Assembly (NCBI GenBank): GCA_964016885.1
Contig: OZ024756.1
Coordinates: forward strand, 5,766,001-5,830,000
Direction: 5' to 3'
DNA: 64,000 nt
Source of the DNA: Eledone cirrhosa
Lineage: Eukaryota
In this document: piece by piece, positions 30,501-47,499 of the stretch
Numbering within the stretch: position 1 is the first letter of the stretch
Layout: each line of letters begins with the position of its first letter
Translations under genes and position numbers: made by a program
The notes under the pieces: generated by a model
What the model was told of the DNA's origin: nothing
What the model saw: only the letters and a program-made list of their open reading frames with translations
Databases searched by the model: none

Positions 30501-33080
30501 TTGACAGACAGTTACTATATATAGAAAGACAGTTACTATATATAGCAAGACACAGTTGCTATATACAGAAAGAAACAGTTACTATATATAGACAGACACA
30601 GTTACTATATATAGAAAGACAGTTACTATATATAGAAAGACAGTTACTATATATAGAAAGACAATTACTATATATAGACAGACACAGTTACTATATATAG
30701 ACAGACACAGTTACTATATATAGAGAGATACAGTTACTATATATAGACAGATACAGTTACTATATATAGAAAGACAGTTACTATATATAGACAGATTAAG
30801 TTACTATATATAGAAAGACACAGTTACTATATATAGAAAGACAGTTACTATATATAGAAAGACAGTTACTATATATAGAAAGACACAGTTACTATATATA
30901 GAAATACAGTTACTATATATAGAAAGACAGTTACTATATATAGAAAGACAGTTACTATATATAGAAAGACAGTTACTATATATAGAAAGACACAGTTACT
31001 ATATATAGAAAGACAGTTACTATATATAGAAAGACAGTTACTATATATAAAAAGACAGTTACTATATATAGACAGACACAGTTACTATATATGGAAAGAC
31101 AGTTACTATATATAGAAAGACAGTTACTATATATCGAAAAACACAGTTACTATATATAGAAAGACAGTTACTATATATAGAAAGACAGTTACTATATATA
31201 GAAAGACAGTTACTATATATAGACATATACAGTTACTATATATGGAAAGACAGTTACTATATATAGAAAGACAGTTACTATATATCGAAAAACACAGTTA
31301 CTATATATAGACAGATACAGTTACTATATATAGACAGACAGTTACTATATATAGAAAGAGAGTTACTATATATAGAAAGACACAGTTACTATATATAGAA
31401 AGACAGTTACTATATATAGAAAGACACAGTTACTATATATAGAAAGACAGTTACTATATATAGAAAGACAGTTACTATATATAGAAAGACAGTTACTATA
31501 TATAGACAGACACAGTTACTATATATGGAAAGACAGTTACTATATATAGAAAGACAGTTACTATATATAGAAAGACAGTTACTATATATAGAAAGACACA
31601 GTTACTATATATAGAAAGACAGTTACTATATATAGAAAGACAGTTACTGCATATAGAAAGACACAGTTACTATATATAGAAAGACAGTTACTATATATAG
31701 AAAGACAGTTACTATATATAGAAAGACACAGTTACTATATATAGAAATACAGTTACTATATATAGAAAGACAGTTACTATATATAGAAAGACAGTTACTA
31801 TACATAGAAAGACAGTTACTATATATAGAAAGACACAGTTACTATATATAGAAAGACAGTTACTATATATAGAAAGACAGTTACTATATATAGAAAGACA
31901 GTTGCTATATATTGACAGACAGTTACTATATATAGAAAGACAGTTACTATATATAGCAAGACACAGTTGCTATATACAGAAAGAAACAGTTACTATATAT
32001 AGACAGACACAGTTACTATATATAGAAAGACAGTTACTATATATAGAAAGACAGTTACTATATATAGAAATACAATTACTATATATAGACAGACACAGTT
32101 ACTATATATAGACAGACACAGTTACTATATATAGAGAGATACAGTTACTATATATAGACAGATACAGTTACTATATATAGAAAGACAGTTACTATATATA
32201 GACAGATACAGTTACTATATATAGAAAGACACACTTACTATATATAGAAAGACAGTTACTATATATAGAAAGACAGTTACTATATATAGAAAGACAGTTA
32301 CTATATATAGAAAGACACAGTTTCTATATATAGAAAGACAGTTACTATATATAGAAAGACAGTTACTATATATAGAAAGACACAGTTACTGTATATAGAA
32401 AGACAGTTACTATATATAGAAAGACAGTTACTCTATATAGAAAGACACAGTTACTATATATAGAAAGACAGTTACTATATATAGAAAGGTAGTTACTATA
32501 TATAGAAAGACAGTTACTATGTATAGAAAGACAGTTACTATATATAGAAAGACAGTTACTATATATAGAAAGACACATTTACTATATATAGACAGACACA
32601 GTTACTATATATAGAAAGACAGTTACTATATATAGACAGACACAGTTACTATATATAGACAGATACAGTTACTATATATAGACAGATACAGTTACTATAT
32701 ATAGAAATAGTGTTACTATATATAGAAATACAGTTACTATATATAGAAAGACACAGTTACTATTTATAGAAAGACAGTTACTATATATAGAAAGACACAG
32801 TTACTATATATAGAAAGACAGTTACTATATATAGAAATAGAGTTACTATATATAGAAAGACAATTACTATATACAGAAAGACACAGTTACTATATATAGA
32901 AAGACACAGTTACTATATATAGAAAGACAGTTACTATACATAAAAAGACGGTTACTATATATAGAAATACAGTTAATATATATAGAAAGACAGTTGCTAT
33001 ATATATAAAGACACAGTTACTATATATAGAAAGACAGTTGCTATATATAGACAGACAATTACTATATATAGAAAGACAGT
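24570..33080. repeat. Tandem duplication, period 4189 bp (4319 bp across an extra 130-bp duplication in copy 1)
   Basis: ORF pairs 27713/31902 and 28177/32366, GAAATAGTGTT at 28515/32704 and GAGAGATAC at 26534/30723 are all offset by 4189. ACTACTTATA at 24861/29180 is offset by 4319. Confidence 0.9.
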
Positions 33081-33789
33081 TACTATATATAGAAATACAG
33101 TTACTATATATAGAAAGACAGTTGCTATATATAGAAAGACACAGTTACTATATATAGAAAGACAGTTACTATATATACAAAGACAGTTGCTATATATAGA
33201 CAGACAGTTACTATATATAGAAAGACAGTTACTATATATAGCAAGACACAGTTGCTATATATAGAAAGACACAGTTACTATATATAGACAGACACAGTTA
33301 CTATATATAGAAAGACAGTTAATATATATAGAAAGACAGTTACTATATATAGAAAGACAATTACTATATATAGACAGACACAGTTACTATATATAGACAG
33401 ACACTGTTACTATATATAGACAGATACAGTTACTATATATAGACAGATACAGTTACTATATATAGAAAGACAGTTACTATATATAGAAATACAGTTGCTA
33501 TATATAGAAAGACAGTTACTATATATAGAAAGACAGTTACTATATATAGAAAGACACAGTTTCTATATATAGAAAGACAGTTACTATATATAGAAAGACA
33601 GTTACTATATATAGAAAGACACAGTTACTATATATAGAAAGACAGTTACTATATATAGAAAGACAGTTACTATATATAGAAAGACAGTTACTATATATAG
33701 ACAGATACAGTTACTATATATAGAAAGACAGTTACTATATATAGACATATACAGTTACTATATATAGGCAGATACATTTACTATATATA

Positions 33790-36700
33790 GAAAGACAGTT
33801 ACTCTATATAGCAAGACAGTTACTATATATAGAAAGACAGTTACTATATATAGAAAGACAGTTATTATATATAGACAGACACAATTACTATATATAGACA
33901 GATACAGTTACTATATATAGAAAGATAGTTACTATATATAGAAAGACACTTACTATATATAGAAAGACAGTTACTATATATAGAAACACAGTTACTATAT
34001 ATAGAAAGACAGTTACTATATATAGACAGACACAGTTACTATATATAGACAGATACTGTTACTATATATAGAAAGACAGTTACTATATATAGAAAGACAG
34101 TTACTATATATAGAAATACAGTTACTATATTTTGAAAGACAGTTACTATATATAGACATATACAGTTACTATATATAGACAGATACAGTTACTATATATA
34201 GAAAGACAGTTACTATATATAGAAAGACAGTTACTATATATAGAAAGACAGTTACTATATATAGAAAGACAGTTACTATATATAGAAAGACAGTTACTAT
34301 ATATAGAAAGACAGTTACTATATATAGAAAGACATTTATTATATATAGACAGACACTATTACTATATATAGACAGATAGAGTTACTATATATAGAAAGAC
34401 ACTTACTATATATAGAAAGACAGTTACTATATATAGAAACACAGTTACTATATATAGAAAGACAGTTACTATATATAGACAGACACAGTTACTATATATA
34501 GACAGCTACAATTACTATATATAGAAAGACAGTTACTATATATAGAAAGACAGTTACTATATATAGAAAGACACAGTTACTATATATAGAAAGAAAGTTA
34601 CTATATATAGAAAGACAGTTACTATATATAGAAAGACAGTTACTATATATAGACAGACACAGTTACTATATATGGAAAGACAGTTACTATATATAGAAAG
34701 ACAGTTACTATATATAGAAAGACAGTTACTATATATAGAAAGACACAGTTACTATATATAGAAAGACAGTTACTATATATAGAAAGACAGTTACTGCATA
34801 TAGAAAGACACAGTTACTATATATAGAAAGACAGTTACTATATATAGAAAGACAGTTACTATATATAGAAGGACACAGTTACTATATATAGAAATACAGT
34901 TACTATATATAGAAAGACAGTTACTATATATAGAAAGACAGTTACTATATATAGAAAGACACAGTTACTATATATAGAAAGACAGTTACTATATATAAAA
35001 AGACAGTTACTATATATAGAAAGACAGTTACTATATATAGACAGACACAGTTACTATATATGGAAAGACAGTTACTATATATAGAAAGACAGTTACTATA
35101 TATCGAAAAACACAGTTACTATATATAGAAAGACAGTTACTATATATAGAAAGACAGTTACTGCATATAGAAAGACACAGTTACTATATATAGAAAGACA
35201 GTTACTATATATAGAAAGACAGTTACTATATATAGAAAGACACAGTTACTATATATAGAAAGACAGTTACTATATATAGAAAGACAGTTAATATATATAG
35301 ACAGACAGTTACTATATATAGAAAGACAGTTAATATATATAGAAAAACAGTTATTATATATAGACAGACACAATTACTATATATAGACAGATACAGTTAC
35401 TATATATAGAAAGACAGTTACTATATATAGAAAGACAGTTACTATATATAGAAAGACAGTTACTATATATAGAAAGACACAGTTACTATATATAGAAAGA
35501 CAGTTACTATATATCGAAAGACAGTTACTATATATAGAAAGACCGTTACTATATATAGAAAGACAGTTACTATATATAGAAAGATAGTTACTATATATAG
35601 AAAGACAGTTACTATATATAGAAAGACACAGTTACTATATATAGAAAGACAGTTACTATATATAGAAAGACAGTTGCTATATATAGAAAGACAGTTACTA
35701 TATATAGAAAGACAGTTACTATATATAGAAAGACACAGTTGCTATATATAGAAAGACAGTTAATATATATAGACAGACAGTTACTATATATAGAAAGACA
35801 GTTACTACATATAGAAAGACAGTTACTATATATAGAAAGACACAGTTACTATATATAGAAAGACAGTTACTATATATAGAAAGACAGTTACTATATATAG
35901 AAAGACAGTTACTATATATAGAAAGACAGTTACTATATATAGAAAGACAGTTACTATATATAGACAGATACAGTTATATATATATAGAAAGACAGTTACT
36001 ATATATAGACATATACAGTTACTATATATAGGCAGATACATTTACTATATATAGAAAGACAGTTACTATATATAGAAAGACAGTTACTATATATAGAAAG
36101 ACAGTTACTATATATAGAAAGACAGTTACTCTATATAGCAAGACAGTTACTATATATAGAAAGACAGTTACTATATATAGAAAGACAGTTATTATATATA
36201 GACAGACACAATTACTATATATAGACAGATACAGTTACTATATATAGAAAGATAGTTACTATATATAGAAAGACACTTACTATATATAGAAAGACAGTTA
36301 CTATATATAGAAACACAGTTACTATATATAGAAAGACAGTTACTATATATAGACAGACACAGTTACTATATATAGACAGATACTGTTACTATATATAGAA
36401 AGACAGTTACTATATATAGAAAGACAGTTACTATATATAGAAATACAGTTACTATATTTTGAAAGACAGTTACTATATATAGACATATACAGTTACTATA
36501 TATAGACAGATACAGTTACTATATATAGAAAGACAGTTACTATATATAGAAAGACAGTTACTATATATAGAAAGACAGTTACTATATATAGAAAGACAGT
36601 TACTATATATAGAAAGACAGTTACTATATATAGAAAGACAGTTACTATATATAGAAAGACATTTATTATATATAGACAGACACTATTACTATATATAGAC

Positions 36701-39300
36701 AGATAGAGTTACTATATATAGAAAGACACTTACTATATATAGAAAGACAGTTACTATATATAGAAACACAGTTACTATATATAGAAAGACAGTTACTATA
36801 TATAGACAGACACAGTTACTATATATAGACAGATACAATTACTATATATAGAAAGACAGTTACTATATATAGAAAGACAGTTACTATATATAGAAAGACA
36901 CAGTTACTATATATAGAAAGAAAGTTACTATATATAGAAAGACAGTTACTATATATAGAAAGACAGTTACTATATATAGACAGACACAGTTACTATATAT
37001 GGAAAGACAGTTACTATATATAGAAAGACAGTTACTATATATAGAAAGACAGTTACTATATATAGAAAGACACAGTTACTATATATAGAAAGACAGTTAC
37101 TATATATAGAAAGACAGTTACTGCATATAGAAAGACACAGTTACTATATATAGAAAGACAGTTACTATATATAGAAAGACAGTTACTATATATAGAAGGA
37201 CACAGTTACTATATATAGAAATACAGTTACTATATATAGAAAGACAGTTACTATATATAGAAAGACAGTTACTATATATAGAAAGACACAGTTACTATAT
37301 ATAGAAAGACAGTTACTATATATAAAAAGACAGTTACTATATATAGAAAGACAGTTACTATATATAGACAGACACAGTTACTATATATGGAAAGACAGTT
37401 ACTATATATAGAAAGACAGTTACTATATATCGAAAAACACAGTTACTATATATAGAAAGACAGTTACTATATATAGAAAGACAGTTACTGCATATAGAAA
37501 GACACAGTTACTATATATAGAAAGACAGTTACTATATATAGAAAGACAGTTACTATATATAGAAAGACACAGTTACTATATATAGAAAGACAGTTACTAT
37601 ATATAGAAAGACAGTTAATATATATAGACAGACAGTTACTATATATAGAAAGACAGTTAATATATATAGAAAAACAGTTATTATATATAGACAGACACAA
37701 TTACTATATATAGACAGATACAGTTACTATATATAGAAAGACAGTTACTATATATAGAAAGACAGTTACTATATATAGAAAGACAGTTACTATATATAGA
37801 AAGACACAGTTACTATATATAGAAAGACAGTTACTATATATCGAAAGACAGTTACTATATATAGAAAGACCGTTACTATATATAGAAAGACAGTTACTAT
37901 ATATAGAAAGATAGTTACTATATATAGAAAGACAGTTACTATATATAGAAAGACACAGTTACTATATATAGAAAGACAGTTACTATATATAGAAAGACAG
38001 TTGCTATATATAGAAAGACAGTTACTATATATAGAAAGACAGTTACTATATATAGAAAGACACAGTTGCTATATATAGAAAGACAGTTAATATATATAGA
38101 CAGACAGTTACTATATATAGAAAGACAGTTACTACATATAGAAAGACAGTTACTATATATAGAAAGACACAGTTACTATATATAGAAAGACAGTTACTAT
38201 ATATAGAAAGACAGTTACTATATATAGAAAGACAGTTACTATATATAGAAAGACAGTTACTATATATAGAAAGACAGTTACTATATATAGACAGATACAG
38301 TTATATATATATAGAAAGACAGTTACTATATATAGACATATACAGTTACTATATATAGGCAGATACATTTACTATATATAGAAAGACAGTTACTATATAT
38401 AGAAAGACAGTTACTATATATAGAAAGACAGTTACTCTATATAGCAAGACAGTTACTATATATAGAAAGACAGTTACTATATATAGAAAGACAGTTATTA
38501 TATATAGACAGACACAATTACTATATATAGACAGATACAGTTACTATATATAGAAAGATAGTTACTATATATAGAAAGACACTTACTATATATAGAAAGA
38601 CAGTTACTATATATAGAAACACAGTTACTATATATAGAAAGACAGTTACTATATATAGACAGACACAGTTACTATATATAGACAGATACTGTTACTATAT
38701 ATAGAAAGACAGTTACTATATATAAAAAGACAGTTACTATATATAGAAATACAGTTACTATATATAGAAAGACAGTTACTATATATAGACATATACAGTT
38801 ACTATATATAGACAGATACAGTTACTATATATAGAAAGACAGTTACTATATATAGAAAGACAGTTACTATATATAGAAAGACAGTTACTATATATAGAAA
38901 GACAGTTACTATATATAGAAAGACAGTTACTATATATAGAAAGACAGTTACTATATATAGAAAGACAGTTACTATATATAGAAAGACAGTTATTATATAT
39001 AGACAGACACTATTACTATATATAGACAGATAGAGTTACTATATATAGAAAGACAGTTACTATATATAGAAAGACACTTACTATATATAGAAAGACAGTT
39101 ACTATATATAGAAACACAGTTACTATATATAGAAAGACAGTTACTATATATAGACAGACACAGTTACTATATATAGACAGATACAATTACTATATATAGA
39201 AAGACAGTTACTATATATAGAAAGACAGTTACTATATATAGAAAGACACAGTTACTATATATAGAAAGAAAGTTACTATATATAGAAAGACAGTTACTAT
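33790..39300. repeat. Tandem duplication, period 2327 bp, with a partial third copy
   Basis: ORF pairs 35158/37485 and 35826/38153, TATATTTTGAAAG (G at 34134/36461) and a 24-bp monomer at 35963/38290 are all offset by 2327. Confidence 0.9.
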
Positions 39301-42300
39301 ATATAGAAAGACAGTTACTATATATAGAAAGACACAGTTACTATATATAGAAATACAGTTACTATATATAGAAAGACAGTTACTATATATAGAAAGACAG
39401 TTACTATATATAGAAAGACACAGTTACTATATATAGACAGACACAGTTACTATATATAGACAGATACAATTACTATATATAGAAAGACAGTTACTATATA
39501 TAGAAAGACAGTTAATATATATAGACAGACAGTTACTATATATAGAAAGACAGTTAATATATATAGAAAAACAGTTATTACATATAGACAGACACAATTA
39601 CTATATATAGACAGATACAGTTACTATATATAGAAAGACAGTTACTATATATAGAAAGACAGTTACTATATATAGAAAGACAGTTACTATATATAGAAAG
39701 ACACAGTTACTATATATAGAAAGACAGTTACTATATATCGAAAGACAGTTACTATATATAGAAAGACCGTTACTATATATAGAAAGACAGTTACTATATA
39801 TAGAAAGATAGTTACTATATATAGAAAGACAGTTACTATATATAGAAAGACACAGTTACTATATATAGAAAGACAGTTACTATATATAGAAAGACAGTTG
39901 CTATATATAGAAAGACAGTTACTATATATAGAAAGACAGTTACTATATATAGAAAGACACAGTTGCTATATATAGAAAGACAGTTAATATATATAGACAG
40001 ACAGTTACTATATATAGAAAGACAGTTACTACATATAGAAAGACAGTTGCTATATATAGAAAGACACAGTTACTATATATAGAAAGACAGTTACTATATA
40101 TAGAAAGACAGTTGCTATATATTGACAGACAGTTACTATATATAGAAAGACAGTTACTATATATAGCAAGACACAGTTGCTATATACAGAAAGAAACAGT
40201 TACTATATATAGACAGACACAGTTACTATATATAGAAAGACAGTTACTATATATAGAAAGACAGTTACTATATATAGAAAGACAATTACTATATATAGAC
40301 AGACACAGTTACTATATATAGACAGACACAGTTACTATATATAGAGAGATACAGTTACTATATATAGACAGATACAGTTACTATATATAGAAAGACAGTT
40401 ACTATATATAGACAGATACAGTTACTATATATAGAAAGACAGTTACTATATATAGAAAGACAGTTACTATATATAGAAAGACAGTTACTATATATAGAAA
40501 GACACAGTTTCTATATATAGAAAGACAGTTACTATATATAGAAAGACATTTACTATATATAGAAAGACACAGTTACTGTATATAGAAAGACAGTTACTAT
40601 ATATAGAAAGACAGTTACTCTATATAGAAAGACACAGTTACTATATATAGAAAGACAGTTACTATATATTGAAAGGCAGTTACTATATATAGAAAGACAG
40701 TTACTATGTATAGAAAGACAGTTACTATATATAGAAAGACAGTTACTATATATAGAAAGACACATTTACTATATATAGACAGACACAGTTACTATATATA
40801 GAAAGACAGTTACTATATATAGACAGACACAGTTACTATATATAGACAGATACAGTTACTATATATAGACAGATACAGTTACTATATATAGAAATAGTGT
40901 TACTATATATAGAAATACAGTTACTATATATAGAAAGACAGTTACTATATATAGAAAGACAGTTACTATATATAGAAAGACAGTTACTATATATAGAAAG
41001 ACAGTTACTATATATAGAAAGACAGTTACTATATATAGAAAGATAGTTATTATATATAGACAGACACTATTACTATATATAGACAGATAGAGTTACTATA
41101 TATAGAAAGACAGTTACTATATATAGAAAGACACTTACTATATATAGAAAGACAGTTACTATATATAGAAACACAGTTACTATATATAGAAAGACAGTTA
41201 CTATATATAGACAGACACAGTTACTATATATAGACAGATACAATTACTATATATAGAAAGACAGTTACTATATATAGAAAGACAGTTACTATATATAGAA
41301 AGACACAGTTACTATATATAGAAAGAAAGTTACTATATATAGAAAGACAGTTACTATATATAGAAAGACAGTTACTATATATAGACAGACACAGTTACTA
41401 TATATGGAAAGACAGTTACTATATATAGAAAGACAGTTACTATATATAGAAAGACATTTACTATATATAGAAAGACACAGTTACTATATATAGAAAGACA
41501 GTTACTATATATAGAAAGACAGTTACTGCATATAGAAAGACACAGTTACTATATATAGAAAGACAGTTACTATATATAGAAAGACAGTTACTATATATAG
41601 AAAGACACAGTTACTATATATAGAAATACAGTTACTATATATAGAAAGACAGTTACTATATATAGAAAGACAGTTACTATATATAGAAAGACACAGTTAC
41701 TATATATAGAAAGACAGTTACTATATATAAAAAGACAGTTACTATATATAGAAAGACAGTTACTATATATAGACAGACACAGTTACTATATATGGAAAGA
41801 CAGTTACTATATATAGAAAGACAGTTACTATATATCGAAAAACACAGTTACTATATATAGAAAGACAGTTACTATATATAGAAAGACAGTTACTGCATAT
41901 AGAAAGACACAGTTACTATATATAGAAAGACAGTTACTATATATAGAAAGACAGTTACTATATATAGAAAGACAGTTACTATATATAGAAAGACACAGTT
42001 ACTATATATAGAAAGACAGTTACTATATATCGAAAGACAGTTACTATATATAGAAAGACCGTTACTATATATAGAAAGACAGTTACTATATATAGAAAGA
42101 TAGTTACTATATATAGAAAGACAGTTACTATATATAGAAAGACACAGTTACTATATATAGAAAGACAGTTACTATATATAGAAAGACAGTTGCTATATAT
42201 AGAAAGACAGTTACTATATATAGAAAGACAGTTACTATATATAGAAAGACACAGTTGCTATATATAGAAAGACAGTTAATATATATAGACAGACAGTTAC

Positions 42301-45300
42301 TATATATAGAAAGACAGTTACTACATATAGAAAGACAGTTGCTATATATAGAAAGACACAGTTACTATATATAGAAAGACAGTTACTATATATAGAAAGA
42401 CAGTTACTATATATAGAAAGACAATTACTATATATAGACAGACACAGTTACTATATATAGACAGACACAGTTACTATATATAGAGAGATACAGTTACTAT
42501 ATATAGACAGATACAGTTACTATATATAGAAAGACAGTTACTATATATAGACAGATACAGTTACTATATATAGAAAGACAGTTACTATATATAGAAAGAC
42601 AGTTACTATATATAGAAAGACAGTTACTATATATAGAAAGACACAGTTTCTATATATAGAAAGACAGTTACTATATATAGAAAGACATTTACTATATATA
42701 TAGAAAGACACAGTTACTGTATATAGAAAGACAGTTACTATATATAGAAAGACAGTTACTCTATATAGAAAGACACAGTTACTATATATAGAAAGACAGT
42801 TACTATATATAGAAAGGCAGTTACTATATATAGAAAGACAGTTACTATGTATAGAAAGACAGTTACTATATATAGAAAGACAGTTACTATATATAGAAAG
42901 ACACATTTACTATATATAGACAGACACAGTTAATTCATATAGAAAGACAGTTACTATATATAGACAGACACAGTTACTATATATAGACAGATACAGTTAC
43001 TATATATAGACAGATACAGTTACTATATATAGAAATAGTGTTACTATATATAGAAATACAGTTACTATATATAGAAAGACACAGTTACTATTTATAGAAA
43101 GACAGTTACTATATATAGAAAGACACAGTTACTATATATAGAAAGACAGTTACTATATATAGAAATAGAGTTACTATATATAGAAAGACAATTACTATAT
43201 ACAGAAAGACACAGTTACTATATATAGAAAGACACAGTTACTATATATAGAAAGACAGTTACTATACATAGAAAGACGGTTACTATATATAGAAATACAG
43301 TTACTATATATAGAAAGACAGTTGCTATATATATAAAGACACAGTTACTATATATAGAAAGACAGTTGCTATATATAGACAGACAATTACTATATATAGA
43401 AAGACAGTTACTATATATAGAAAGACACAGTTGCTATATATAGAAAGACACAGTTGCTATATATAGAAAGACAGTTAATATATATAGACAGACAGTTACT
43501 ATATATAGAAAGACAGTTACTATATATAGAAAGACAGTTGCTATATATAGAAAGACACAGTTACTATATATAGAAAGACAGTTACTATATATAGAAAGAC
43601 AGTTGCTATATATAGACAGACAGTTACTATATATAGAAAGACAGTTATTATATATAGCAAGACACAGTTGCTATATATAGAAAGACACAATTACTATATA
43701 TAGACAGACACAGTTACTATATATAGAAAGACAGTTACTATATATAGAAAGACAGTTACTATATATAGAAAGACAATTACGATATATAGACAGACACAGT
43801 TACTATATATAGACAGACACAGTTACTATATATAGACAGATACAGTTACTATATATAGACAGATACAGTTATTATATATAGAAAGACAGTTACTATATAT
43901 AGAAATACAGTTACTATATATAGAAAGACAGTTACTATATATAGAAAGACAGTTACTATATATAGAAAGACACAGTTTCTATATATAGAAAGACAGTTAC
44001 TACATATAGAAAGACAGTTACTATATATAGAAAGACACAGTTACTATATATAGAAAGACAGTTACTATATATAGAAAGACAGTTACTATATATAGAAAAA
44101 CAGTTACTATATATAGACAGATACAGTTACTATATATAGAAAGACAGTTACTATATATAGAAAAACAGTTACTATATATAGACAGATACAGTTACTATAT
44201 ATAGAAAGACAGTTACTATATATAAAAAGACAGTTACTATATATAGAAAGACAGTTACTATATATAGACAGACACAGTTACTATATATGGAAAGACAGTT
44301 ACTATATATAGAAAGACAGTTACTATATATCGAAAAACACAGTTACTATATATAGAAAGACAGTTACTATATATAGAAAGACAGTTACTGCATATAGAAA
44401 GACACAGTTACTATATATAGAAAGACAGTTACTATATATAGAAAGACAGTTACTATATATAGAAAGACAGTTACTATATATAGAAAGACACAGTTACTAT
44501 ATATAGAAAGACAGTTACTATATATCGAAAGACAGTTACTATATATAGAAAGACCGTTACTATATATAGAAAGACAGTTACTATATATAGAAAGATAGTT
44601 ACTATATATAGAAAGACAGTTACTATATATAGAAAGACACAGTTACTATATATAGAAAGACAGTTACTATATATAGAAAGACAGTTGCTATATATAGAAA
44701 GACAGTTACTATATATAGAAAGACAGTTACTATATATAGAAAGACACAGTTGCTATATATAGAAAGACAGTTAATATATATAGACAGACAGTTACTATAT
44801 ATAGAAAGACAGTTACTACATATAGAAAGACAGTTGCTATATATAGAAAGACACAGTTACTATATATAGAAAGACAGTTACTATATATAGAAAGACAGTT
44901 GCAATATATTGACAGACAGTTACTATATATAGAAAGACAGTTACTATATATAGCAAGACACAGTTGCTATATACAGAAAGAAACAGTTACTATATATAGA
45001 CAGACACAGTTACTATATATAGAAAGACAGTTACTATATATAGAAAGACAGTTACTATATATAGAAAGACAATTACTATATATAGACAGACACAGTTACT
45101 ATATATAGACAGACACAGTTACTATATATAGAGAGATACAGTTACTATATATAGACAGATACAGTTACTATATATAGAAAGACAGTTACTATATATAGAC
45201 AGATACAGTTACTATATATAGAAAGACAGTTACTATATATAGAAAGACAGTTACTATATATAGAAAGACAGTTACTATATATAGAAAGACACAGTTTCTA

Positions 45301-47499
45301 TATATAGAAAGACAGTTACTATATATAGAAAGACATTTACTATATATAGAAAGACACAGTTACTGTATATAGAAAGACAGTTACTATATATAGAAAGACA
45401 GTTACTCTATATAGAAAGACACAGTTACTATATATAGAAAGACAGTTACTATATATAGAAAGGCAGTTACTATATATAGAAAGACAGTTACTATGTATAG
45501 AAAGACAGTTACTATATATAGAAAGACAGTTACTATATATAGAAAGACACATTTACTATATATAGACAGACACAGTTAATTCATATAGAAAGACAGTTAC
45601 TATATATAGACAGACACAGTTACTATATATAGACAGATACAGTTACTATATATAGACAGATACAGTTACTATATATAGAAATAGTGTTACTATATATAGA
45701 AATACAGTTACTATATATAGAAAGACACAGTTACTATTTATAGAAAGACAGTTACTATATATAGAAAGACACAGTTACTATATATAGAAAGACAGTTACT
45801 ATATATAGAAATAGAGTTACTATATATAGAAAGACAATTACTATATACAGAAAGACACAGTTACTATATATAGAAAGACACAGTTACTATATATAGAAAG
45901 ACAGTTACTATACATAGAAAGACGGTTACTATATATAGAAATACAGTTACTATATATAGAAAGACAGTTGCTATATATATAAAGACACAGTTACTATATA
46001 TAGAAAGACAGTTGCTATATATAGACAGACAATTACTATATATAGAAAGACAGTTACTATATATAGAAAGACACAGTTGCTATATATAGAAAGACACAGT
46101 TGCTATATATAGAAAGACAGTTAATATATATAGACAGACAGTTACTATATATAGAAAGACAGTTACTATATATAGAAAGACAGTTGCTATATATAGAAAG
46201 ACACAGTTACTATATATAGAAAGACAGTTACTATATATAGAAAGACAGTTGCTATATATAGACAGACAGTTACTATATATAGAAAGACAGTTATTATATA
46301 TAGCAAGACACAGTTGCTATATATAGAAAGACACAATTACTATATATAGACAGACACAGTTACTATATATAGAAAGACAGTTACTATATATAGAAAGACA
46401 GTTACTATATATAGAAAGACAATTACGATATATAGACAGACACAGTTACTATATATAGACAGACACAGCTACTATATATAGACAGATACAGTTACTATAT
46501 ATAGACAGATACAGTTACTATATATAGAAAGACAGTTACTATATATAGAAATACAGTTACTATATATAGAAAGACAGTTACTATATATAGAAAGACAGTT
46601 ACTATATATAGAAAGACACAGTTTCTATATATAGAAAGACAGTTACTACATATAGAAAGACAGTTACTATATATAGAAAGACACAGTTACTATATATAGA
46701 AAGACAGTTACTATATATAGAAAGACAGTTACTATATATAGAAAAACAGTTACTATATATAGACAGATACAGTTACTATATATAGAAAGACAGTTACTAT
46801 ATATAGACATATACAGTTACTATATATAGACAGATACAGTTACTATATATAGAAAGACAGTTACTATATATAGAAAGACAGTTACTATATATAGAAAGAC
46901 CGTTACTCTATATAGCAAGACAGTTATAATATATAGAAAGACAGTTACTATATATAGAAAGACAGTTATTATATATAGACAGACACAATTACTATATATA
47001 GGCAGATACAGTTACTATATATAGAAAGACAGTTACTATATATAAAAAGACACTTACTATATATAGAAAGACAGTTACTATATATAGAAACACAGTTACT
47101 ATATATAGAAAGACAGTTACTATATATAGACAGACACAGTTACTATATATAGACAGACACTGTTACTATATATAGAAAGACAGTTACTATATATAGAAAG
47201 ACAGTTACTATATATAGAAAGACAGTTACTATATATAGAAAGACAGTTACTATATATAGACATATACAGTTACTATATATAGACAGATACAGTTACTATA
47301 TATAGAAAGACAGTTACTATATATAGAAAGACAGTTACTATATATAGAAAGACAGTTACTATATATAGAAAGACAGTTACTATATATAGAAAGACAGTTA
47401 TTATATATAGACAGACACAATTACTATATATAGACAGATACAGTTACTATATATAGAAAGACAGTTACTATATATAGAAAGACACTTACTATATATAGA

